Shown piece by piece: positions 51,786 through 61,853 of a DNA stretch of 64,000 nt. This DNA is from Shigella phage SSG23: the sequence record PQ351811; one strand, given 5' to 3'. Position numbers and translations under genes: made by a program. The notes beneath the pieces were generated by a model, which made no database searches, was not told the origin of the DNA, and was given only the letters and a program-made list of their open reading frames with translations. Position 1 is the first letter of the stretch. Each line of letters begins with the position of its first letter.

Positions 51786-52541
51786 ATGAAACTGTTTGCT
51801 TTTAAATCTAACGAAGAATTGGCGCTGGTTGTTTTCCGTTTGAACTCTATCATGGCTGGCGCTTCTCGTCGTAACAAAGACTTCTCTATGAGCTTAGTCA
51901 CTGTGCGTAACATCTATCGCCAGACTCATTGCGCATATTCAGGTGAGGCGTTCGGTGAAGGTGATGATGGACTCTCCTTAGAGCGCATTGATTGCAATCT
52001 GGGCTATGTTGATGGCAATGTGATTCCGGTTAAACTGAAATACAATTCTTTCCGTGGTAATCACACTATCGAATCTCTTAAAGAGATCCAGGAACTAGGA
52101 ACTAACGGTAAACTTTCTGATGATGAGATCGCCCTACGTGCAAAGTACATCGAGTGGATCGAACTTAACGAGAATCGCATCAAGAATCAGGAAATGGCGA
52201 TTGAAGAAAAGAAATTAGCGGTAGAACGCCACAAAAAGCACAATGAACCGGAGAAAGCAGAGGCAGCAGAGAAAGCAATTAAAAACACTCTCTTCCGTAT
52301 GGAAGAACGTTATCAGAAAATTGCAGATCTCAAGCAAGCCCTTAGCGAAATCAACAAGAAAGAGGAAAAACTTAAGGCTATTGCAAATAATACCGAAATC
52401 GTGCTAAAATATACCAGCGTTTTGATTGAATCTCTTTCTAAGTATGAGAACTTAACGCCAGCACAAAAAGAACGCGTGAAATACGGGCTTCCGATTGATG
52501 CGTCGTGGATTGAATTGATGAAAGCGAAGGTAGGTTTATAA
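51786..52541 (+). CDS. hypothetical protein with degenerate HNH-like motif and coiled-coil tail
   Basis: HCAYSGEAF...LERIDCNLGYVDGNVIPV..N resembles HNH_3-type motif lacking some catalytic residues. Confidence 0.55.
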   Translation: MKLFAFKSNEELALVVFRLNSIMAGASRRNKDFSMSLVTVRNIYRQTHCAYSGEAFGEGDDGLSLERIDCNLGYVDGNVIPVKLKYNSFRGNHTIESLKEIQELGTNGKLSDDEIALRAKYIEWIELNENRIKNQEMAIEEKKLAVERHKKHNEPEKAEAAEKAIKNTLFRMEERYQKIADLKQALSEINKKEEKLKAIANNTEIVLKYTSVLIESLSKYENLTPAQKERVKYGLPIDASWIELMKAKVGL

Positions 52542-52855
52542 TGCATGTATTTGCTGTATGTTATCGTGATAAAGACGGATTCTTTCAATACTCAGTGGAC
52601 GCGAAAGGTCGCGTCCTAACTTGCGAAACACATGATGCAGCGTTAGCGTCAATGTGTGATCAGATAGATTATTGTGAGAGTCTATTGGCAGGTGAACCGA
52701 AATACAAGGTTGTGCCTAAACGAAAATTTGGTATAATCCGGTCTTCTGAAATTGTTCGGGATGGTGTAGAATACAAAATTCCAGACTATGAAAAAGAGCG
52801 GGTACGACGAGAACTCAATACTATCTGTGTTCGCAAGGTGAGGATTTTAGGATAA
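52541..52855 (+). CDS. hypothetical protein
   Basis: Track ORF; ATGA-type overlap with neighbours. Confidence 0.5.
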   Translation: MHVFAVCYRDKDGFFQYSVDAKGRVLTCETHDAALASMCDQIDYCESLLAGEPKYKVVPKRKFGIIRSSEIVRDGVEYKIPDYEKERVRRELNTICVRKVRILG

Positions 52856-54246
52856 TGAGCAGAGTATTAACTTTCGATATGTTGACAGACGGACAAAAAC
52901 ATGCTTTCGATGTTCTGATGAAACGCATTGAACAAAAGAAACATACAACTGTCCGAGGTGCGGCGGGTACTGGTAAAACCGCAATGATGAAATTCATTGT
53001 TCAGGAAATGGTCCGCCGTGGTGTAACTGGTGTGGTTTTGGCAACGCCTACCCACCAGGCTAAAAAAGTTTTGAGTAAGGCGGTAGGTCGTCAAGCATTT
53101 ACTTTACATGCTTTATTGCGTCTTAATCCGACCAATTATGAAGATACTCAAGTATTTGAACAAAAAGATACTCCTAAGCTAGATGATGTTCAGATCATCA
53201 TTGTTGATGAAGCGAGTATGGTCGATAAGAAGTTATTTGATATTCTCATGAAGAGTATCAACGGGCGAATTGTTATTATTGCCGTGGGTGATCCGCACCA
53301 GTTACGACCAGTTGATCCGAGCGGTGCAACGTCAATTTCTCCTTTCTTCACGGTTGAAGAGTTTCAGAACGTGGAGTTAACAGAAATTAAAAGGTCTAAT
53401 GCACCAATAATTGATGTGGCGACCGCTGTCCGTAACGGTAAATGGGTATTCGAAAAGCAGTGCGGTAACGAGGGTGTATTCCATAGCTCAACTCTACCGG
53501 AGTTTATGACTCGTTATTTTGAAGCAGTGAAAACGCCGGAAGACCTTCTAGAAAACCGTATTCTGGCTTACACTAATAAGAGTGTCGAAAAACTCAATGA
53601 AATTGTGCGTAAGCGCATTTACAATACAGAAGATCCGGTCATTGTAGATGAAATTCTGGTTACTCAGGAACCGTTGATCGAATATCTGCGAGATGAACGC
53701 GGGAAGAAGATTCCTAATGTGATTTTTAACAACGGTGAGATGATCCGAGTTAAAGAGGTTATACCGCGCGAATTTACATTACGTTGCACGGGGGTAGATC
53801 CGCAACCAGTTTTAGGGTATACTCTTAAAGTCGAAAGCGTCGATAATGACGAAGACAAAGAGATCCTGAATCAGAAAGTTGGTTTAGATGCAGTCGGAAT
53901 CACTACCGACAAACCGGATTTAGTAGAAATCAATATTCTGACAGAACAACGACAGAAGAACATTTTCTCTATCTACCTGAATACGGTAGCCGGACAATAT
54001 CGCGAAATGAAGAAAGAGAATCCAAACTTTAAACCAGATTGGGATTCTTTCTGGACGATGAAACGTATGTTCCTTAATGTAAAAGCATTACCAGCTTGCA
54101 CTATTCATAAGTCACAAGGGATCAGCGTAGACCGCGTGTTCCTGTATACTCCTTGCATGTGTACAGATAATGTTGACTTTGAACTGGCAATGCAGTTATT
54201 ATATGTGGGTGTTACCCGTGCACGTTATCGGGTAGACTATATTTGA
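52855..54246 (+). CDS. dda: DNA helicase Dda (SF1B)
   Basis: Walker A GAAGTGKT, Walker B IIIVDEASM, C-terminal LYVGVTRAR; close to remembered T4 Dda. Confidence 0.92.
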   Translation: MSRVLTFDMLTDGQKHAFDVLMKRIEQKKHTTVRGAAGTGKTAMMKFIVQEMVRRGVTGVVLATPTHQAKKVLSKAVGRQAFTLHALLRLNPTNYEDTQVFEQKDTPKLDDVQIIIVDEASMVDKKLFDILMKSINGRIVIIAVGDPHQLRPVDPSGATSISPFFTVEEFQNVELTEIKRSNAPIIDVATAVRNGKWVFEKQCGNEGVFHSSTLPEFMTRYFEAVKTPEDLLENRILAYTNKSVEKLNEIVRKRIYNTEDPVIVDEILVTQEPLIEYLRDERGKKIPNVIFNNGEMIRVKEVIPREFTLRCTGVDPQPVLGYTLKVESVDNDEDKEILNQKVGLDAVGITTDKPDLVEINILTEQRQKNIFSIYLNTVAGQYREMKKENPNFKPDWDSFWTMKRMFLNVKALPACTIHKSQGISVDRVFLYTPCMCTDNVDFELAMQLLYVGVTRARYRVDYI

Positions 54247-54256
54247 GGAAACTATT

Positions 54257-54424
54257 ATGATTATGCGAAATATCCCCGAATTTGACGAAGTGACGGTACG
54301 CCGTCACAATGGAACTGTTACCATGTGTTTTAGTTGGGGTCATTATGGATGGAACGTGTCCGGCGACAGTGAAGCTGAATGTATCAATAAAATGATCGAA
54401 CATTTCACTAAGCGAGGTTTTTGA
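54257..54424 (+). CDS. small hypothetical protein (55 aa)
   Basis: GAGGAAACTATTATG start; below track cutoff. Confidence 0.4.
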   Translation: MIMRNIPEFDEVTVRRHNGTVTMCFSWGHYGWNVSGDSEAECINKMIEHFTKRGF

Positions 54425-54425
54425 T

Positions 54426-54668
54426 ATGGTTGTTATTAACGATATCTCTAAGGTAATTCATCTTGAATCAATTGTCGCGTGGAACCGTCAAAAGATTCAT
54501 TGTGACTATGCACAACATGTAATGAATTTTAACAACAAGGTACGCGCATACATGGCAACGGACCGACTGTTAACCGATAATTACGGTAAAGGAATTATTG
54601 ATTGTAGCGGTTTCATTCTGGACAAAAACGATCTTGAGTTGTTCCGGCATATAGCGGAGGATATTTAA
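54426..54668 (+). CDS. hypothetical protein
   Basis: Track ORF. Confidence 0.5.
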   Translation: MVVINDISKVIHLESIVAWNRQKIHCDYAQHVMNFNNKVRAYMATDRLLTDNYGKGIIDCSGFILDKNDLELFRHIAEDI

Positions 54669-54669
54669 A

Positions 54670-55338
54670 ATGCTTCCAGTGGATTTAATGATTGACTTTG
54701 AAAGTTTAGGTTATCCGCCTGATGGGGCGGTAATCAATATGGCGGCAATCGGATTTAAAGAAGATCCACACAATCCACCGACATTTAAAGAACTGGTTGA
54801 TAATTCCTTTCTGGTAAAATTTGATATTCCTTCCCAGAAAGGTGTAAGGATCTTTGATCATGGTGTGGTTGAATGGTGGAAGAATACCGCCTCAGAAGGC
54901 ATGAGAAAGCAATTAATCACAAATGGGACGGAAGTATCAACCAAAGAAGGTTTAGCGCGTTTTAACGCATTCTGTGAATCCGTGGGAGTAGATCCGGTTA
55001 AATCCGTAATGTGGTCACGCGGTAATGCGTTTGATATTCCGTTGCTAGTTGATATGATTCGACGCGCTCATAATACCCGTGAGACGTTCACTCTTGAACC
55101 TGTGCGATTCTGGAACATCCGAGATGTTCGCACCGCCATTGAGCGTACATTAATGCATCGTGGTATGTGTGAGTGTCCGCTACCAATGGGTACATTAGAC
55201 GGATTCATCGCACATGATGCAATTCACGATTGCGCTCGCGATATTCTTATGCTAATCTATGCACAACGTTATGCTATGGGTCTGGAAGACCTGCCAGAAA
55301 ATCCAGACCCAAATTCAGTTAAGAAACAAAGGGGATAA
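54670..55338 (+). CDS. dexA: exonuclease DexA-like (DEDD 3-prime-5-prime exonuclease)
   Basis: N-terminal LMIDFESLG (Exo I D-x-E), later HDAIHDCARD; position next to dda as in T4. Confidence 0.7.
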   Translation: MLPVDLMIDFESLGYPPDGAVINMAAIGFKEDPHNPPTFKELVDNSFLVKFDIPSQKGVRIFDHGVVEWWKNTASEGMRKQLITNGTEVSTKEGLARFNAFCESVGVDPVKSVMWSRGNAFDIPLLVDMIRRAHNTRETFTLEPVRFWNIRDVRTAIERTLMHRGMCECPLPMGTLDGFIAHDAIHDCARDILMLIYAQRYAMGLEDLPENPDPNSVKKQRG

Positions 55339-55339
55339 T

Positions 55340-55513
55340 ATGCCATTATACGATTATTCTTGTGAAGAACACGGTCAATTTCAGAAAATCCGCAAAATTT
55401 CCGAGCGTGAAAAGGCAGAATGTCCTGAATGTGGGAAAGAATGTAAACAGGGATTAACTGCCCCGCGCGGTATTAATGGCGGGTATTACGATAAAAATGT
55501 GCGCGTGTCATGA
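55340..55513 (+). CDS. FmdB-family zinc-ribbon protein
   Basis: MPLYDYSCEEHGQF...CPECGK matches FmdB-type zinc ribbon; track ORF 55259 has upstream extension. Confidence 0.55.
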   Translation: MPLYDYSCEEHGQFQKIRKISEREKAECPECGKECKQGLTAPRGINGGYYDKNVRVS

Positions 55514-55612
55514 GTCATATACTTGACAATCACTCAATTTTTAATATGATTGTTGCAGCCGTCTTTGTGGCGGTTGCAGTAAGTTATGGTTATGTTATGA
55601 AGAGGTTTAATA

Positions 55613-57436
55613 ATGAGTGAGTTCCGCATTTTATCGGATCGTGAACATGTCCTTAAGCGTGCAGGAATGTACATAGGATCAACTACTTATGAAGAACATC
55701 AACGTTTCCTGTTCGGTAAGTGGACAAAAATTTCATACGTTCCTGGACTGGTTAAAATCATTGATGAGATCATCGACAACTCTGTAGATGAGGCGATCCG
55801 CACTAACTTTGAATTTGCCAATGTGATTAGCGTCGATATCCAAAACAATATTGTTACGGTAACAGACAATGGTCGCGGTATTCCTCAACATATGGTTACT
55901 ACTCCAGAGGGTACGCAGATTCCGCAACCTGTAGCCGCATGGACACGAACAAAAGCCGGGTCTAACTTTGATGATACCAATCGATTAACGCAAGGGATGA
56001 ACGGCGTAGGATCGTCGTTGTCAAATTTCTTTAGCGATTGGTTTACTGGTGTAACCTGTGACGGTGAAACAGAAATGACCGTTCAATGCACAAATGGTGC
56101 TGAAAATATCACATGGTCATCAAAACCATCAAAATTAAAGGGAACAAAGGTTACATTTTGTCCAGACTTCGATCACTTCGAAGGTTATATGATGGACAAC
56201 TCTGTTTTAGATATCGTTCATGATCGTCTGCAATCATTGAGCGTAATATTTCCGAAGATCACGTTTAAGTTTAATGGTAAACGTATTGTTAGTAAGTTCA
56301 AGGAGTATGCTAAACTCTATAATGATGATCCGTTTGTCATTGAAGATAAAAACTTTTCACTTGCCCTAGTTCCTGCGGTTGAGGGTGAAGGTTTTAAATC
56401 TGTATCCTTTGCTAATGGTCTGTTTACCAAAAACGGGGGAACACACGTTGATTATGTGATGGATGATCTTTGTGAAGAGATTGTAAAACGAATCAAGAAA
56501 GAATATAAGGTTGATGTTACTAAAGCTGCGGTTAAGTCTGGTTTGACCTGTATCCTTATTGTTCGTGAATTGCCTAACCTTCGTTTTGATTCACAGACAA
56601 AAGAGCGATTGACTAACCCGACTGGTGATATCAAGCGTCATATTGATCTGGACTTTAAAAAACTGGCTAAGGTCATTGCTAAGAAAGAAAACATTATCAT
56701 GCCTATTATTGCTGTAGTTCTAGCACGCAAAGAGGCAGCAGATAAAGCGGCAGCGACTAAGGCAGCAAAGGCAGCAAAACGGGCTAAGGTTGCAAAACAC
56801 GTTAAAGCTAACCTTATTGGAACTGACGCAGAAACTACCCTGTTTCTGACGGAAGGTGATTCCGCAATCAACTATCTGATTTCTGTACGTGATCAAGATT
56901 TACATGGCGGTTTCCCGTTGCGAGGTAAAACTCTTACAACGTGGGAACAACCGGAGGCAAAGATCGTTAAGAATGCCGAAATTTTTAACATCATGGCGAT
57001 CACTGGCTTGCAATTTGGTGTTGATGCATTGGAAGTTATGCAATACAAAAATATTGCGATTATGACTGACGCGGATACTGACGGGATCGGATCTATTAAG
57101 CCTAGTCTGATCTCTTTCTTTGCACGTTGGCCTGAATTGTTCGAAGATGGACGAATCCGGTTTATCAAAACACCTATTATCATTGCAGAACCAAAGAAAG
57201 GTGATGATGTTCGATGGTATTATGACCTAGAAGATTTCGAGAACGACCGAGATAATATCAAAGGTTATAACATTCGATATATCAAAGGGTTAGCATCGCT
57301 TACAGAATCAGATTATCATCGCGTGATCAATGATCCTGTCATGGAGATCATCACGTTACCGGAAAACTATAAAGAGCTATTCGATTTGCTCTATAGCGAA
57401 GATTCAGACCGCCGTAAAGAGTGGATGTGTAGCTAA
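55613..57436 (+). CDS. 39: DNA topoisomerase II large subunit (gp39, apparently fused with gp60 region)
   Basis: GHKL ATPase motifs DNSVDEA, DNGRGIP, GMNGVGSS; TOPRIM LFLTEGDSA and MTDADTDG; 607 aa. Confidence 0.9.
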   Translation: MSEFRILSDREHVLKRAGMYIGSTTYEEHQRFLFGKWTKISYVPGLVKIIDEIIDNSVDEAIRTNFEFANVISVDIQNNIVTVTDNGRGIPQHMVTTPEGTQIPQPVAAWTRTKAGSNFDDTNRLTQGMNGVGSSLSNFFSDWFTGVTCDGETEMTVQCTNGAENITWSSKPSKLKGTKVTFCPDFDHFEGYMMDNSVLDIVHDRLQSLSVIFPKITFKFNGKRIVSKFKEYAKLYNDDPFVIEDKNFSLALVPAVEGEGFKSVSFANGLFTKNGGTHVDYVMDDLCEEIVKRIKKEYKVDVTKAAVKSGLTCILIVRELPNLRFDSQTKERLTNPTGDIKRHIDLDFKKLAKVIAKKENIIMPIIAVVLARKEAADKAAATKAAKAAKRAKVAKHVKANLIGTDAETTLFLTEGDSAINYLISVRDQDLHGGFPLRGKTLTTWEQPEAKIVKNAEIFNIMAITGLQFGVDALEVMQYKNIAIMTDADTDGIGSIKPSLISFFARWPELFEDGRIRFIKTPIIIAEPKKGDDVRWYYDLEDFENDRDNIKGYNIRYIKGLASLTESDYHRVINDPVMEIITLPENYKELFDLLYSEDSDRRKEWMCS

Positions 57437-57441
57437 AACAC

Positions 57442-57469
57442 TTGACATACAAGGGAGATTCTCTATAAT
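57442..57469 (+). promoter_or_regulatory. sigma70-consensus promoter
   Basis: TTGACA-16-TATAAT followed by GGGAGTCTCCC hairpin and T-run. Confidence 0.6.
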
Positions 57470-57503
57470 GGGAGTCTCCCTTTTCTTTTATGAGGATTTA
57501 ATA

Positions 57504-57803
57504 ATGAGCAAAAAGAATAACATGATGATGAGCATGGCAAAGTTCATGGAAGCAGACCTGATCAAAAATACAGTACAGCATGAACGTCAGCGAGAAGCCG
57601 CAGTGATTGCAGAACAAGGTTTTCAGGTTATCCGCAATCCACCTAAAGACACGGTTAAATCGAAATACAGAGACGATTTGAAAGACCATGAAGTACGGGA
57701 ACTGGTTAATGATCTGCGTGACATTGCTATCAAATATCATGGTTATCAGTGCTTAAGAGAACTGATTGCAGAGCGAGTAATGGATGCACTGAAAAAAGAT
57801 TAA
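57504..57803 (+). CDS. hypothetical protein
   Basis: Track ORF 57330..57803 runs through promoter; ATG 57504 after GAGGATTTAATAATG. Confidence 0.5.
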   Translation: MSKKNNMMMSMAKFMEADLIKNTVQHERQREAAVIAEQGFQVIRNPPKDTVKSKYRDDLKDHEVRELVNDLRDIAIKYHGYQCLRELIAERVMDALKKD

Positions 57804-57810
57804 AAAGTTG

Positions 57811-57839
57811 TTGACGCTGGATCGGGGATATAGCATAAT
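57811..57839 (+). promoter_or_regulatory. sigma70-like early promoter (PeSL-like cassette)
   Basis: TTGACG-17-CATAAT; inverted repeat GGGGATAT/ATATCCCC straddling -10; leader CATCGAAAAC. Confidence 0.65.
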
Positions 57840-57860
57840 ATCCCCATCGAAAACAAAAGG

Positions 57861-58064
57861 TTGACTTATATGAAACCGTTTAAGAATGAAGAAACTCAAA
57901 AATTTTGTGAAAAAATTGCAGAAATCTACTTGACAGGAGAGAAGGAAAAGGCTAATATTATGTTCAAAGAGGCAGTTTCCTTGATGAAAGTAGCACGCTG
58001 GGAACTGATTGCAATGCAAGACCAAATTCGTTATCTAGTAACAAAGGAGAATCAAAATGCGTAA
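57861..58064 (+). CDS. hypothetical early protein
   Basis: Track ORF after promoter. Confidence 0.5.
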   Translation: MTYMKPFKNEETQKFCEKIAEIYLTGEKEKANIMFKEAVSLMKVARWELIAMQDQIRYLVTKENQNA

Positions 58065-58251
58065 CCATTACATCGAACTGGCAAGCCGTAAAGTTTCCGA
58101 TCTGAAAGGCGTAATTGCTTACTATGAAGAAGTCCTGAAAAACGAAATTGCTGATTGGGAACGTAAAGAATACAGCAAGTGCTTAGAGAAAAGCCGCGCT
58201 GAATTGGTTGACGCAGAAGCCCATCTGCAATGGGTGATTGAAAATGTGTAA
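58057..58251 (+). CDS. hypothetical protein
   Basis: Track ORF; AAGGAGAATCAAAATG start. Confidence 0.5.
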   Translation: MRNHYIELASRKVSDLKGVIAYYEEVLKNEIADWERKEYSKCLEKSRAELVDAEAHLQWVIENV

Positions 58252-58261
58252 GGAGTAGAAA

Positions 58262-58519
58262 ATGAGTCGAAGTTTTGATTTTATGTTCGCCAAGTATCAT
58301 CGAGACAAGAAATCGATGGACCTGTTTATGGAATGTTTGAGGTATGAATATGCTCACCTTCGGAAGAACAAAATTGATCCGCAAGTTTCCTACGAAAACA
58401 TCAAGAAATATGCGAAAGAAGTGATTGACAATAATTGCACCGTGACATATAATGCGTTTATTGATTTATGGGCGTGGGATGTAATCTACGCAGAGATGGA
58501 CAAAGAAGATTTTAATTAA
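58262..58519 (+). CDS. hypothetical protein
   Basis: Track ORF; AAGGAG SD. Confidence 0.5.
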   Translation: MSRSFDFMFAKYHRDKKSMDLFMECLRYEYAHLRKNKIDPQVSYENIKKYAKEVIDNNCTVTYNAFIDLWAWDVIYAEMDKEDFN

Positions 58520-58533
58520 GTGAGGATTATATT

Positions 58534-60642
58534 ATGAAAATGCATATTGATAATGAAGAAGTATTTGGCAGTGACCTGAGCGGTGCGGTTGATTTTTCAC
58601 TGAAAGCAAGTAGCAAGGCTTTTATGGTGCTTTCTAAGAACACATATCAATATTGTGAGCGTGCTTGCGTCCGTGAGTATTCGTGCAATGCTACCGACAC
58701 TCACAAAGAAGCCGGAACCTTAGATCGTCCGTTTGATATTCATTTGCCGACTGCAATCGAACCGTATTTCTCTGTACGTGATTATGGTACTGGTATTCCA
58801 TCTAAGAAAGAATTAGAACAACTGTTTACGGTTTACTTTGAATCAACCAAAGACCAGACTAATGACTATATCGGATCTTTTGGTTTGGGTGCGAAGTCTG
58901 CTTATAGCTACACCGACACCTTTACAATCGTGAACTATTACAATGGTCGCGCTTATGGCTTTACTGCATTCGTGCAAAACTCTATGCCGAAAATGGTGCA
59001 GATTTTCGACGAACCAACCTATGAAGACAATGGTCTGAAAATCACTATTCCGGTGAAAGAGAAAGATATTCAGACATGGCATCGAGAAGCACAATTTGTA
59101 CTGCGTCATTTTGGGGAACATAAACCGAATATCAACGCAATCGAAATTAATTATTTCCCTAGCTTTGATAATTATTATGTGTGTAATGGACGTGATAACG
59201 ATTCCTATGTGGTATATGCAATCATGGGTAAGATCCAGTATCCGATCCCGTATGAATATGTTCGCGGAACATGGTTAGAAGCTGTAAACCGCCAGCACCA
59301 GACCATTTACATTAATTTTGAGTTGGGTGATCTGGACCTGATGCCATCGCGTGAAGAAGTTCACTTGTCAATTGAGACTAAAGCGAACATCGAAAAACGT
59401 ATTGCAGAAATCAATGAAATGATGTTGGAAAAGGTTAAAGAGAAGATCGCCAGCATTGAAACGGAGCGTAAACTCGCGCAATTTATGAGCGAGTATTCAT
59501 CGACTCAACGCAATATTATTAGCAAGATGGGTAAGATCGGACAATGGGACGATCCGGTAGCAATCTATAACAAGTTTGTAAATGCTGGTAAAGATTCGCC
59601 TAATGACGTAGAAGGTCAAGTGTATACTCTGTATCGTACTCGACACACAATCAGCAAATTGCGCCCTGCTTTCGTTAGCAGTCAATACAACATTACGCAC
59701 TTTGTATGGATTCATAAAGAAGATATTCTATGTGTAATTGATGATACGGATAAACCGAAACTGCGTGCACTGACTCTTAACGGCATGGTCCAGGAATACG
59801 GCATCAATAAAAAGGTACTGGTGTTCCGTCAGAGCAACGAAAAACACATGGAGACTTTCGAGTACATCAAACAGTATTATGATGAATCGGAAATGACCGT
59901 GATTAAGGTATCCGAGGCCGATGATCTGCGTGCTAAAGCAGTTAAGCCGGAGAAGACCGAACGTGCACAGCGTGAAGCTACTCCTAAGCTGCCTAACGTG
60001 TATATCATGGAAAAGATTGGTGACAGTTGGCATAAAACCAGCCATCATATGAAAGCGGCAGAGATTCGCGAGTTATCAGGCTTGCACATGTTCCGCGTGG
60101 GTGATGCATTCGAAAGCCGTAGCCGTCAATCGATCTATAGTGAAGATACCTTACACACGGCGCTTGACTACTTCGGGGTAACAAAGTATATTATTACCAG
60201 AAACGAGACACAAAAATATCTCGTTGACGAACAACTGGAATGCGCGCTAGAATTTGTTCGCGGTAAGCTGGCTGGTCTGGCTAAGAAGGTTAAGACCAAT
60301 CATCTGGGGTATGGCGAATATCTGGGTGTGATCACTATGTTGTTTCATGACGATGAATTAGAACGCTGTATTCCAGAATTTATTGACAGACTCTATGGTC
60401 GTCATTATAATAAAGAGGTTTCCAAGTTGCTCCTTCGTACTCGTTGGATTATGGACGAAGAAACTAAGAAGATCTGCGATGAAAAATTCACGGCAGCAAA
60501 CGAACGAATTAAAGCAGTTTGTGCGAAGTTTAAAGAGAATAGCCCGTTACTGTATGATATTGTAGATAACTGGTATCGTATTCTGCATAATGACAAACGC
60601 GCACAAGACTTTATGAAACTGGTTAAGAATGTTAAATTTTAA
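58534..60642 (+). CDS. rIIA: rIIA protein (GHKL-type ATPase fold N-terminus)
   Basis: 702 aa; DYGTGIP and GSFGLGAKS ATP-lid motifs; precedes rIIB as in T4. Confidence 0.8.
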   Translation: MKMHIDNEEVFGSDLSGAVDFSLKASSKAFMVLSKNTYQYCERACVREYSCNATDTHKEAGTLDRPFDIHLPTAIEPYFSVRDYGTGIPSKKELEQLFTVYFESTKDQTNDYIGSFGLGAKSAYSYTDTFTIVNYYNGRAYGFTAFVQNSMPKMVQIFDEPTYEDNGLKITIPVKEKDIQTWHREAQFVLRHFGEHKPNINAIEINYFPSFDNYYVCNGRDNDSYVVYAIMGKIQYPIPYEYVRGTWLEAVNRQHQTIYINFELGDLDLMPSREEVHLSIETKANIEKRIAEINEMMLEKVKEKIASIETERKLAQFMSEYSSTQRNIISKMGKIGQWDDPVAIYNKFVNAGKDSPNDVEGQVYTLYRTRHTISKLRPAFVSSQYNITHFVWIHKEDILCVIDDTDKPKLRALTLNGMVQEYGINKKVLVFRQSNEKHMETFEYIKQYYDESEMTVIKVSEADDLRAKAVKPEKTERAQREATPKLPNVYIMEKIGDSWHKTSHHMKAAEIRELSGLHMFRVGDAFESRSRQSIYSEDTLHTALDYFGVTKYIITRNETQKYLVDEQLECALEFVRGKLAGLAKKVKTNHLGYGEYLGVITMLFHDDELERCIPEFIDRLYGRHYNKEVSKLLLRTRWIMDEETKKICDEKFTAANERIKAVCAKFKENSPLLYDIVDNWYRILHNDKRAQDFMKLVKNVKF

Positions 60643-60653
60643 GAGGTGATATT

Positions 60654-60785
60654 ATGACTAAACTGACCGCTATCCAGAAAGAAACTATTCGTAAACAATA
60701 CGCTCGCGGCTTGACTAAAGGCGAACTGGCACGAATCTATAATGTATCAGACCGCACAATCCGCAAGGTTGTCGAAGCAAAATAA
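60654..60785 (+). CDS. small HTH protein paralogous to rIIB N-terminus (43 aa)
   Basis: AGAGGTG SD; ELARIYNVSDRTIRKV resembles ALAAAFGVSRRTASRVL at rIIB N-terminus. Confidence 0.45.
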   Translation: MTKLTAIQKETIRKQYARGLTKGELARIYNVSDRTIRKVVEAK

Positions 60786-60846
60786 TTCTGGTATAATGAT
60801 GTGAATCGGGCGGCGATAGTCGCCCACTAATAGAGGAATGAATACT

Positions 60847-61839
60847 ATGACTAAAGCAAAAATCACCGTCTCTGACCGTAACGTTCAATGCCTGGACTCT
60901 GCGAAACAAATCAAACTGGCTAAACAGTGGGGCGAAGGTAAGTTTACTACCCGCGAAGCACTTGCGGCAGCATTTGGTGTATCTCGTCGCACTGCCTCCC
61001 GTGTATTACTGATTCAGAAAGACGCAGTAGCGGAAGGTCGCAAGGCACTGGAAAACCGTAAAGCACGCCGTAAAACCAGTAAAGGAAAAGGCGGTGAACG
61101 CGCAAAAAAGCCCGTGACTACTTCCTCAAAAATCGTAGCAATAGCCTCATCTAAATTCATTACTATTACATGTGGTGACATTGTTTATACTGCTGACCCA
61201 TCACATGTTAACTTTAATGAAGCACTGGAAGCGATTAAACAAAATGATTTCATCAAAGCTATTACGCTGATTGACATTAAGAAAGCGGTTGAAGTATATT
61301 ATCACGGCGCTTTCCGTATCGAAAATGGCATTGTGTATTATCATAATATTGTTCTTGATAATAATCTGACTCGTCGAGTTGTTGAGTCGATTAAAGAGAA
61401 TAAGCCATATACGCACTATCTGAACTTCTTTGAGAAGTGCAAGAAAAACCCTAGCCGTAAGGCGGTAGATCGTCTGTTTGACTTCTTAGAGCACAACGAC
61501 ATTGAGATCGGGGAAGATGGTTGTTTCTATGCATGGAAACGTGTTGATGTTGATTATAAAGATTTCTTTACGCATACGTTTGATAATAGCCCAGGGCGCA
61601 CGGTTAAAATGAAGCGTAAAGACGTGGACCCAGATGATGACCGCACTTGCTCTAATGGCCTCCATGTTGCAGCGAAACACTACATTCCGCACTATGGCGG
61701 TGGACGAGGCCGAATCATTAAATGCAAAGTTGATCCGCGTCACGTTGTAAGTATTCCGAAAGATTATGCGAATGCCAAAATGCGCTGTCATCGTTACTAT
61801 GTGGTTGAAGATGTAACCGAAGGTTTTAGCCATTACTAA
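60847..61839 (+). CDS. rIIB: rIIB protein
   Basis: SKKAVDRLFDFLEHNDIEI..DGCFYAWK..NGLHVAAKHYIPHYGG..PRHVVSIPKDYANAKMR matches remembered T4 rIIB; ATG 60847 after GAGG. Confidence 0.88.
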   Translation: MTKAKITVSDRNVQCLDSAKQIKLAKQWGEGKFTTREALAAAFGVSRRTASRVLLIQKDAVAEGRKALENRKARRKTSKGKGGERAKKPVTTSSKIVAIASSKFITITCGDIVYTADPSHVNFNEALEAIKQNDFIKAITLIDIKKAVEVYYHGAFRIENGIVYYHNIVLDNNLTRRVVESIKENKPYTHYLNFFEKCKKNPSRKAVDRLFDFLEHNDIEIGEDGCFYAWKRVDVDYKDFFTHTFDNSPGRTVKMKRKDVDPDDDRTCSNGLHVAAKHYIPHYGGGRGRIIKCKVDPRHVVSIPKDYANAKMRCHRYYVVEDVTEGFSHY

Positions 61840-61853
61840 CAGAGGAATTGATT

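Noticed and set aside
51786-52541. Homing endonuclease (HNH) call for the 251-aa ORF
   Set aside because: Only a degenerate HNH_3-like segment without clear catalytic His/Asn spacing and a long coiled-coil tail; left as hypothetical.
55546-55620. 24-codon hydrophobic mini-ORF overlapping the start of gene 39
   Set aside because: No SD, very short, and it lies in the probable promoter/leader of gene 39; not reported as a gene but worth checking in ribosome profiling.
925-57860. CRISPR array suggested by the many near-identical repeats
   Set aside because: The repeats are promoter/leader cassettes 600-4000 bp apart, each followed by a gene; no short regularly spaced direct repeats with spacers exist.
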